From assembly GCA_964354655.1 (NCBI GenBank), contig CAYHAL010000006.1, positions 1 to 51,040 of the forward strand: DNA of 51,040 bases, written 5' to 3'. The DNA comes from an uncultured Dehalococcoidales bacterium. Its GTDB lineage: Bacteria; Chloroflexota; Dehalococcoidia; Dehalococcoidales; E44-bin46. The position numbers were made by a program, and so were the translations under genes. Below the pieces are notes generated by a model. It made no database searches, was not told where the DNA came from, and saw nothing but the letters and a program-made list of their open reading frames with translations. The first letter of the stretch is position 1, and each line of letters begins with the position of its first letter. Positions 17,066-24,497 of this stretch are shown here, piece by piece.

Positions 17066-18001
17066 TTAACCCTCGGTAGCCAATTTTACTGATGGAGCTG
17101 GCTTTTCTAACTGTATCTCATAGTCTTCACCATCAGTTGTTACTATTATAGTGCCGTGAATATCTGTGCCATATATTTCAGCACCAACCTCAGTAAGAGC
17201 ATTAATAGTCTCTTGGTGCGGATGGCCGTAGCTATTGCCTTTGCCAGCCATGTAGATGGCGACTTCAGGACTTGTAGCAGCTAAGAAATCATGTGAGCAA
17301 GCTGTTCTAGAGCCGTGGTGTCCTACCTTGAGAATTTCTACATCTGGTACCGGAACTACTGACGAGACGAGCATTGAGGCTTCTGCTTCCTTCTCAGCAT
17401 CTCCGGTAAACAGAAAATCGATGTCTCCGTAGCTTAGAGACAGGACGATGCTGTTGTTATTTATAGTGCCGTTCAAAGTGTCGGGATTAAGGACTGTGAA
17501 CGATAGACCTCCTACATTGACTTTGTCTCCACGCCTAGCCACATAAATATTCGCATGCTCTGATTGAACTGCACTCATAAACTCTGAGTAAGTCTGTGAG
17601 GTCGTTGAGTCGCCATTAGTCCAGATGTTCAAAACATCAAATGAGTTCAGCACTGATATGAGTCCGCCGATATGGTCAGAGTGAGGATGCGTGGCAATAA
17701 CCGCTTCGAGTGGGCCATCCACATAGCTGCTTATATATGATGTTACGCCAGATGATTTATCTCCACCATCGATTAAGATTTCCTGGTCGTTTAGGTCAAT
17801 CAAGATTGAATCTCCCTGACCAACATCTATGAAGTGAACCTTCAATTCTGGAAGAGTTGGAGCAGGAGGTGAAGTAGGTTCAGACGTTGGTGGTGGAGCA
17901 AGGGGTAGAGTAGGTTTAGGGCTTGGTGCTGGCATAGGATGGGCACAAGCTGATAAAACAAGCAAAACGGAGACTAATAGGATAACATAGCGCCGCTTCA
18001 T
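17066..18001 (-). CDS. ComEC/Rec2-like MBL-fold lipoprotein (putative surface nuclease/phosphodiesterase)
   Basis: Lipobox LSAC, Pro-rich linker, VHFIDVGQGDSILI, THPHSDHIGG, NNNSIV, FTGDAE, LKVGHHGS, YGHPH; no ComEC channel domain. Confidence 0.9.
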   Translation of the reverse strand: MKRRYVILLVSVLLVLSACAHPMPAPSPKPTLPLAPPPTSEPTSPPAPTLPELKVHFIDVGQGDSILIDLNDQEILIDGGDKSSGVTSYISSYVDGPLEAVIATHPHSDHIGGLISVLNSFDVLNIWTNGDSTTSQTYSEFMSAVQSEHANIYVARRGDKVNVGGLSFTVLNPDTLNGTINNNSIVLSLSYGDIDFLFTGDAEKEAEASMLVSSVVPVPDVEILKVGHHGSRTACSHDFLAATSPEVAIYMAGKGNSYGHPHQETINALTEVGAEIYGTDIHGTIIVTTDGEDYEIQLEKPAPSVKLATEG

Positions 18002-18165
18002 GGCTGTATGTTACTCCAGGGAATTGGCCGGGTCAAACAAACCCTCATAAAGTGCACAATGAGTCCATGAAGTGCCTACCAAACCCTCCTAACCCAAAGT
18101 GTCCAGTTTCAGGGGTTCACTTCAATTCTGCCGATGCAAGCATGGACTGAGCCACCCCAGTGACA

Positions 18166-19185
18166 CTAGTCAGCTTTTCCAGCGTTATGCTGTTTTTGAC
18201 TATCTCTTTTCCGTATCAATTTTCCCCAGCTTTCGGGTATTTTCGCGCCATGAGGCAATCTAATTACTAGTGGCCGTTCGTTATTAGCATCAGCTTCCGG
18301 CATATCAACTTGTTCGTAGTGTTGATCTGGACATCCTGGACACCTCTGTTGGAGCCCACAATATTCCCATTCCCTTGTATCACCAGATTCCGCTATGATC
18401 CATAGCCCACTGTCTATCAACAGATGCCACCCGTTCTTGGCACATTCCTTATAGTGGTTGGGTACCGGTAACCCCCTCGGTCCCAGTGGTAAATATGTCT
18501 CATTAAATTGGCCTGACATCCATTCCAACTTCTTTCCTACCTCCCCCAAATGGTCTGCCATGTAAAGCCAATAAGCATCGCTAGTCAGTCTTCTATAAAC
18601 CTTCATCAATGATAAGTAAAATGAGTCGAACTCATTCACGTTGTCTAGATTTGGCAATTCTGGAAAAGAGTCCACTACCCACCTAGCAAGCTTTTGTAGA
18701 GCACCTATGTGCTCCATTTGGCGCCGCTGCAGCTCTCTTTGCCGCTGTTCTTTGGCCATGGCTTGCTGCGGCTCCAGTGCTAATATCTCGTCAGCCTCCT
18801 CAAGGTCGTGCTTCACGTCCCAGAACGGAATGTTAAGTTTCTGACATACTCGTTGTTCGTTCCACTCAAGTCCCCTGCGCAAGAAATATGTTTTACGCCA
18901 TCTCTCAGGCCCTAGTTCGGATAATCTTGCATCCACATTCACCTCATCTGGTTTTAAAGGAAGGAGCCCAGCCCTAACCAGCAATTCATTTTTCTTGTCA
19001 TCACCCAGCCCTAATCGATTTGCTATCTTGATCAAGTCAGGACGATGCTTAGCCGTAGGCATTACCTTTCCTGTTTCCCAACGACTAATTTGCGACTTAT
19101 CGTGACCGCAGGCTTCAGATAAATCCGTAAGCGTTAAGTTTGCAATTCTGCGTTCCGCCCTCAAGAAGGTACCAAAATCATCCAT
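18166..19185 (-). CDS. XRE-family HTH regulator with extended C-terminal region (element repressor candidate)
   Basis: FGTFLRAERRIANLTLTDLSEACGHDKSQISRWETG; divergent from the small-ORF/recombinase operon. Confidence 0.8.
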   Translation of the reverse strand: MDDFGTFLRAERRIANLTLTDLSEACGHDKSQISRWETGKVMPTAKHRPDLIKIANRLGLGDDKKNELLVRAGLLPLKPDEVNVDARLSELGPERWRKTYFLRRGLEWNEQRVCQKLNIPFWDVKHDLEEADEILALEPQQAMAKEQRQRELQRRQMEHIGALQKLARWVVDSFPELPNLDNVNEFDSFYLSLMKVYRRLTSDAYWLYMADHLGEVGKKLEWMSGQFNETYLPLGPRGLPVPNHYKECAKNGWHLLIDSGLWIIAESGDTREWEYCGLQQRCPGCPDQHYEQVDMPEADANNERPLVIRLPHGAKIPESWGKLIRKRDSQKQHNAGKAD

Positions 19186-19351
19186 TTTGCGTTTCTAGCA
19201 ACTTTTTTCAAAGAACCACTGTGTAATCGAGCATTGTTATGCAACTTAAGTGCATTTTACTATTTATATATAGAAAAGCAAAGGATTATTAATGATGGCT
19301 AAATTCATTACTAAGGTTGAAAACAAAACTGGCATGCTAAGGAGATAGATA

Positions 19352-19507
19352 TTGAAGGCTAGCTCGGGTAAAAATCAGCGAAATCAGTTACTGAAAATAA
19401 CCTGTAACTGGAGGCACATTGGCGAAGCTACGCCTGCATTTAGACGGCTTATGGCCCTACTGCTACAGCCGAGGATAAAACCTAAAAGGAAAGGAGGTAA
19501 AAGATGA
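19352..19507 (+). CDS. Small basic hypothetical protein (51 aa)
   Basis: TTG after AAGGAG; MKASSGKNQRNQLLKITCNWRHIGEATPAFRRLMALLLQPRIKPKRKGGKR*; ATGA overlap with the next ORF. Confidence 0.55.
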   Translation: MKASSGKNQRNQLLKITCNWRHIGEATPAFRRLMALLLQPRIKPKRKGGKR

Positions 19508-19602
19508 CAGAAGTTAGGCAAACTCTGGCTGGTATCAAGGATGCAGTTATCCCCCATTTGGATGCCATAGCCTTCGAGATACCCTGTGGCGAAAGGAGAT
19601 GA
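19504..19602 (+). CDS. Micro-ORF (32 aa)
   Basis: AAGGAGG RBS, ATGA coupling; MTEVRQTLAGIKDAVIPHLDAIAFEIPCGERR*. Confidence 0.45.
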   Translation: MTEVRQTLAGIKDAVIPHLDAIAFEIPCGERR

Positions 19603-19605
19603 AAG

Positions 19606-20088
19606 GTGATAGCCCTAATAATTAGCCTGATAGCAATGTTTATCTGGTTGCTCAAGGAAACCGATTGGTTAAGAGTGAATTTAATGCCAAAGCCGGTCAA
19701 GCCTAAGCTAATCTATCACAAATTTGAACCGATGTTATGCCGGCGTTGCAACAACTACTCCTACTTCAAAGGTGCGAAGCGTAGTTACACATTGCCAGCC
19801 AAAACTGTCCATGCTTTTGGCTCTACAATGAATTTCCAAGCCGGCTGTAATCGCTGTCGTGCCGAATTGCTAAGGAAAGTAGCAAAGGCGCAGAAATCTC
19901 ACGCTATCCCTCATTATGCCCCATTTAAGTCCTATTGCCGTATATCTAATAAGCTTAAGATAGAAATTCTGGTAGATGGACAATTACAGGCTTCTTTTAA
20001 TGGCGATTATAAGCGAGGCACAATTAAGACTTTTATGCGCCAGTATTGTTATCCTGGTGAAGGTAAAATACGATTAGTTAAGATATAA
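19606..20088 (+). CDS. Hypothetical protein with N-terminal hydrophobic helix and two CxxC pairs
   Basis: MIALIISLIAMFIWLL; CRRC and CNRC. Confidence 0.7.
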   Translation: MIALIISLIAMFIWLLKETDWLRVNLMPKPVKPKLIYHKFEPMLCRRCNNYSYFKGAKRSYTLPAKTVHAFGSTMNFQAGCNRCRAELLRKVAKAQKSHAIPHYAPFKSYCRISNKLKIEILVDGQLQASFNGDYKRGTIKTFMRQYCYPGEGKIRLVKI

Positions 20089-20296
20089 AAGGAGGTGAAT
20101 AGACCTAGATAGATATGTCATTCAATATATTAAATCACAGATGGCTAATGCCAGTCCTGACCAAATTGTAGCCTTTGAGGCCTTTGTAACCTTAGAAAGT
20201 TTGGTTTCCTTAGTTATACTTGACTTTTGGTATTGCTGTCGGATGAGAATAGGGGGCGTAAGAAAAAGCCAGGAGTTTTATCAAGGAGGTATAGTA

Positions 20297-21910
20297 ATGA
20301 AAGCAGCAATCTACTGCCGGGTATCAACCGAAGGCCAAGAGCGGGAAGGGACATCTCTCCAAAGCCAGCTAGACGCTTGCCTTAAGCTGGCAAGGGAGAG
20401 GGATTATGAAGTGCCTGATGAATTTACTATTATGGAGACTTACTCAGGCTTATCCCTTGACCGTCCCAAGCTAAATGATGTCAGGCAGTGGGTGAGGAAT
20501 AAACAGGTGGATGCGGTTATTGCCTACACCTTAGACCGCTTGTCTCGTGACCCGGTGCATTTTATTATCCTTCAGGAAGAAATGGAGAAGGCTGGTGTTG
20601 AGCTAATCCTAGTGACTGAAACCGTTGATAGCTCTGATTTGGGCAAGCTGATAATGTATATTAAAGGTTTTGCTGCCAAGCTGGAAGCCGAAAAGATTCG
20701 TGAGCGAACCGCTAGGGGTAAAGCCAAGCGTGTTGAAAAGGGCTTATTACCCAATGGCAGGGGAATCCTTTACGGCTATGATTATGACCCCGAAACTGGC
20801 AGGAATATCGCCAATAAGCAACTTGATGTAGTTAGGATGATTGGGATGTGGCTTATAAGCGAGGGCATTTTCTTGAATGAGGCTTGCCGAAGATTGATGG
20901 AAAAGAATATTCTCGCCCCCAAAGGTGGTATTAAGTGGAGTCGAGGGACAGTAGGCAGGTTGATGCGAAATCCTGTCTATGCAGGGGTATCTTATGCCGG
21001 TAGAACAAAGACAGTGAACGGCAAGCGTATGCAGTGTTCACACCAAGAGTGGATTGAACTACCTAACTTGGTGGATAAGCCAGCCTTTACGCTGGAAGAG
21101 TGGCAGCTAATTCAGAGGCAGCTTGACCGCAATCGTGAGCTAAGTCCACGCCGCCAGAAGCAGCAATACTTACTCAAAGGCATAACTCGCTGTAGACGAT
21201 GTGGGCGTAAATACTACGGCTTACCGGTTCACGGCAAACCATACTATCGTTGCAGTGGGAGAATAAAGCTGCTTTCCCCTGAGCCTTGTGACAGCAAAAC
21301 CGTCAACGCCAATTGGCTAGAGAATCTTGTTTGGCAGGAGATTGAAAAAGCTCTTAGAGACCCCGACTTATTGCTCACCTATCTTCGGAAGCAACGGGAA
21401 TCTAAGGACAGCCCAAACCATCTAGAGGAACGGCTACAGCTTAGCAAAAATATGCTCAAGTCGTATGACGAGGCTGAAACCAAGTATCTTAGGCTCTATG
21501 GCGCAGGCGTAATCACCGAGGAAAAGCTGAGAGAAGAGGCATCTAGAATCAAGAAAGAAGTTGAGCGCATAACACGGGAGAACGCAGACCTTGAGAAGCA
21601 ACTAGGTGAGATTCAGGACTTGGAGATAAATATTGAGAGCATGCGACAGCTTTGTGGCTTAATGGCGAAGAATCTTGAATCTCTAACCTTTGATGACAAG
21701 CTGTTTGCCCTGAGTGCATTAAACGTCCAGGTCTGGATAGACGGCGACTCTATCACCATCGAGGGGGACTTGCCTAAGACCGAGTGTATAACAGCGTCAC
21801 AACAACTGTCATTGCCGGTAGGCCACTTGAAATATCTACCTCAACATCAACCAACCGACCCTCAAGACCTACCACAGCGGCAGTTTTTACCTTGGCTAAC
21901 ATGTTGCTAA
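20297..21910 (+). CDS. Large serine recombinase/integrase
   Basis: Start reassigned to ATG 20297 after AAGGAGG: MKAAIYCRVSTEGQ (catalytic Ser), DRLSRD, recombinase domain (RNPVYAG), zinc ribbon CRRCG...YYRC...C, coiled coil. Confidence 0.95.
   Translation: MKAAIYCRVSTEGQEREGTSLQSQLDACLKLARERDYEVPDEFTIMETYSGLSLDRPKLNDVRQWVRNKQVDAVIAYTLDRLSRDPVHFIILQEEMEKAGVELILVTETVDSSDLGKLIMYIKGFAAKLEAEKIRERTARGKAKRVEKGLLPNGRGILYGYDYDPETGRNIANKQLDVVRMIGMWLISEGIFLNEACRRLMEKNILAPKGGIKWSRGTVGRLMRNPVYAGVSYAGRTKTVNGKRMQCSHQEWIELPNLVDKPAFTLEEWQLIQRQLDRNRELSPRRQKQQYLLKGITRCRRCGRKYYGLPVHGKPYYRCSGRIKLLSPEPCDSKTVNANWLENLVWQEIEKALRDPDLLLTYLRKQRESKDSPNHLEERLQLSKNMLKSYDEAETKYLRLYGAGVITEEKLREEASRIKKEVERITRENADLEKQLGEIQDLEINIESMRQLCGLMAKNLESLTFDDKLFALSALNVQVWIDGDSITIEGDLPKTECITASQQLSLPVGHLKYLPQHQPTDPQDLPQRQFLPWLTCC
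21774..21902 (-). pseudogene. comM: Truncated 5' fragment of comM/YifB (Mg-chelatase-like AAA+ ATPase), interrupted by integration
   Basis: Hand translation MLAKVKTAAVVGLEGRLVDVEVDISSGLPAMTVV matches the ComM N-terminus. The expected GLPD continuation is replaced by VTLLYTRS*; junction at ~21800. Confidence 0.88.
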
Positions 21911-22039
21911 CTTAACGCCTGATTACAGCTTGCACCAATAATAACACATATTAGCCATTAGGCAAAGAATGGCAAGCTATAAGAAGTCCTCACACTAGGT
22001 AGTCAACTGTTTAGCCAGGCTTTTAGGGCAAGATTTTAT

Positions 22040-23470
22040 CTACGGCTCAACATTGCATATGAAGGGCTGTGGCATATCCATGTAGGTGATACTGCAATCT
22101 TTGCCCATTATATTTTCCGCCTCGGCTACTGCCTCTTCCACTGAGGCGAACGGCACTAACTCTACCCTTCTGGCAGCTTCGAAGTCGGTGGCCCCAGCTA
22201 GAAAGACGCTCTTAAGATAATTGAGACCATATATCCCCTGACAATAAAGGATTAAGGGATGAGAGCCGTGGAAGGCATAGCCATATCTATACTTGTGAAC
22301 GAACTCGGGGCGATGGGCATATTCCTCAGCATAAAGGTCCCAAATCTCAACCGCATCCTTGGTCTGGGGTAGGACCTTGTCAAACAGCTCAACATAGGAG
22401 GGATACTTAAGGGCATCAAACTGCCTCGGGCAAGGGTGACAGACTATGAGAATCCCCCCTGGCTTGACCAAGGGGACATTCTGGAAGAGTCCGTAGGTGT
22501 ACGAGACTGCTAGGTTTCTTACCAGAATGGGATTGATAAAGGACAATTTGGAATAGGGGTCTCTCTTGTTGTCCATACCACAGACCACCACATCAGACTG
22601 CCCCTTTACATCCACTACTAGCTGCCGGTCCATTATTTCTAGGCCTTTCTCATGGGCCTCTGGCGGGTGCCCGGCAACAACCTGGGCTAACTCCTGTGGT
22701 GCTTTGTTGTTCATTGTGCCTTCAACGATGAGGACCCGGCGTCCCTTCTTAGCCAGTTCACCTTCGATAACGGTACCCATTTCATTGAGCAGTTTGGGGA
22801 AGGCTGAGCGTTTGGGGTCCAGTACCGATTTGCCTGAAGCCTTGGCAAAGGGACGGTGATGGTGTCGCATGAGTCTCCAGCCGCCCAGACCGACGACGAC
22901 TGTCTTCCAGCCGCCGTTGAAATGGCACCAGGGATGGCTCACATATATAAGCTGGTCAGAATCGGTAACCAGGCGGCTTACCTCTACCTCCTGACCTCGC
23001 TTGGTCTCTCCTAAGAATACCAGGTTATCTTTATCCTCGGCATCAAAATTAAACAACCGGCTCGGGCTAGACCGGCTAACTAGCTCGTCTCCTAGTATGG
23101 TGGCTAGTTCGCTTGGAGTCCACATCCGGTGCAGCCCGCCAGCACAAACCAGGCGGATATTGTAAGGGCTTACGCCAAGCTTATTAAGTTCCTCCAGCAG
23201 CACCTTGATAGCCACTTCCCGAAAACCAGGCTGCTTTTCCTGAGGGACATAACCGATAGGGTCATCAAAGGCAATGGTGACCTTGGATTTAGGGCTTACC
23301 AGCTTGGATAAAGGCTCATGGGCAATCGGTGAGTTTAGGGCATCACGAACCGCCTGAGCCGGGTCGGGGAGAGCCGGGAGGGGCTTGTTAGTTTGCCGTA
23401 TGACCCTGGTTCTCTCGGGTAGCTCTGCCGCAATAGTACTATCTCCGTATGGTATCCTGAAAACTGACAT
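22040..23470 (-). CDS. Lactate racemase domain (DUF2088/LarA-like) protein
   Basis: FRIPYG, VRDALNSPI..PL, KVTIAFDD, CAGGLHR, LGETKRG, FNGGWK, VKPGGILIV. Confidence 0.82.
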   Translation of the reverse strand: MSVFRIPYGDSTIAAELPERTRVIRQTNKPLPALPDPAQAVRDALNSPIAHEPLSKLVSPKSKVTIAFDDPIGYVPQEKQPGFREVAIKVLLEELNKLGVSPYNIRLVCAGGLHRMWTPSELATILGDELVSRSSPSRLFNFDAEDKDNLVFLGETKRGQEVEVSRLVTDSDQLIYVSHPWCHFNGGWKTVVVGLGGWRLMRHHHRPFAKASGKSVLDPKRSAFPKLLNEMGTVIEGELAKKGRRVLIVEGTMNNKAPQELAQVVAGHPPEAHEKGLEIMDRQLVVDVKGQSDVVVCGMDNKRDPYSKLSFINPILVRNLAVSYTYGLFQNVPLVKPGGILIVCHPCPRQFDALKYPSYVELFDKVLPQTKDAVEIWDLYAEEYAHRPEFVHKYRYGYAFHGSHPLILYCQGIYGLNYLKSVFLAGATDFEAARRVELVPFASVEEAVAEAENIMGKDCSITYMDMPQPFICNVEP

Positions 23471-23558
23471 TAGCCAGAACCTCCTATCTAAATTACTGTG
23501 GCTATATTAAAGCCCGCGGCTAACTGGGCTGTCAAATTTGTTAACATCAAGATTGTTT

Positions 23559-24116
23559 CTAGCTTTTTAGGTTAAATTCCCATTGACAGCAAATATCATC
23601 TCGGCTCTTTCTCGGCGGCGATTTAAGGCACTTTACTTCTATATCAGGGTCGAAGGCAGAGGCATAAGCTTTCATAATTCTAGGTTCAACGATGTTGCAA
23701 ATTTCCTCTTCCCTCCCCTTACCTTCCTGCTCTAAAGCATCTAGAGTGGGACAATAGGTGGTGGTAAACAGCGCGCTATTCTTATTTTTAATTTCTATGT
23801 CAAATTTCATCAGCAGGCACCAAGGGCAGAGCTGGAAAGCTTTCATAAGGGCAACGACGTCATTTCCCCGGATTTTTAGTTGCCGTTTAATCCTCGCCAT
23901 TTCATATTTACAGTTGCTTTCCCAGACTTGTATATCGCAGGCTAAAGCCTCTTTGTCGCCTACCCTTTCTTTCAGGGTAAGATACCAGATTCCATCCATG
24001 GCTATGTATAGTCTGGCGTATAGTTTTAATAGCTCGGCAAGTGTCTCCGGGGAGAAATCGCTGGGTTTGATATCGGGAAGGAATTCACCGCTATAATCGC
24101 TTAGTTTCGTCAACAT
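23559..24116 (-). CDS. DUF6125-like protein
   Basis: YIAMDGIWYL, CPTLDALEQEG...IC, DIEVKCLKSPPRKSRDDICCQWEF. Confidence 0.7.
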   Translation of the reverse strand: MLTKLSDYSGEFLPDIKPSDFSPETLAELLKLYARLYIAMDGIWYLTLKERVGDKEALACDIQVWESNCKYEMARIKRQLKIRGNDVVALMKAFQLCPWCLLMKFDIEIKNKNSALFTTTYCPTLDALEQEGKGREEEICNIVEPRIMKAYASAFDPDIEVKCLKSPPRKSRDDICCQWEFNLKS

Positions 24117-24251
24117 ACCTCCTTTGTGGCTATGTTAGCCCTGCATTGGCTGGCTGTCAAGATATCTAACCAGCCGTAAAAACCAGTTCCCATGTTATAG
24201 CGAGCTTTATAGGTGTCAACGAAACTGGGAAGGTTAGAGATGTTTAAAGTA

Positions 24252-24423
24252 ACCTATCCCCCTGACCCCCTTCCCTTACTAAGGGAAGGGGGAGTGTAGG
24301 TGAGAGAGGGGCGAAGCCCCTCTAAAACTCCTTTTAAGGAGAGTCAAAGAGAGGCGAAGCCTCTCTTATATAACCCAGCCCCCCCTCTCCTTCTCAAGGA
24401 GAGGGGGATTAAGGGGGTGAGGT
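24252..24423. repeat. REP-like multi-hairpin repeat, full doublet (copy 1)
   Basis: Hairpins CCCCCTTCCCTT-act-AAGGGAAGGGGG, AGAGGGGCGAAGCCCCTCT, AAGAGAGGCGAAGCCTCTCTT and CCCCCTCTCCTT-ctc-AAGGAGAGGGGG; ends ACCTATCCCC / GGGGTGAGGT. Confidence 0.92.
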
Positions 24424-24497
24424 AGATAAACAATCTCTACGTTCTTGTTATGCTTGAGGTCTAGTGCTACAATTAGACTGCTAGCGTGGAGGAAGAC

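Larger units (their letters stand above)
1..21800. mobile_element. Serine-integrase genomic island inserted in comM (right junction ~21800; left junction not seen)
   Basis: Integrase at the junction, split comM, repressor module and defence cargo. The rest of comM is not among the window's ORFs, so the left extent is inferred. Confidence 0.7.

Noticed and set aside
20141-20296. N-terminal 52-aa extension of the recombinase in the ORF track
   Set aside because: A strong AAGGAGG precedes ATG 20297 and the catalytic domain starts at MKAAIYCRVS.
24252-24423. Palindromic repeats as a CRISPR array
   Set aside because: Dispersed copies with no regular repeat-spacer period and no cas genes.
24424-24497. 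LexA box upstream of uvrA
   Set aside because: Only a GTTC half-site; no GAAC-N4-GTTC.
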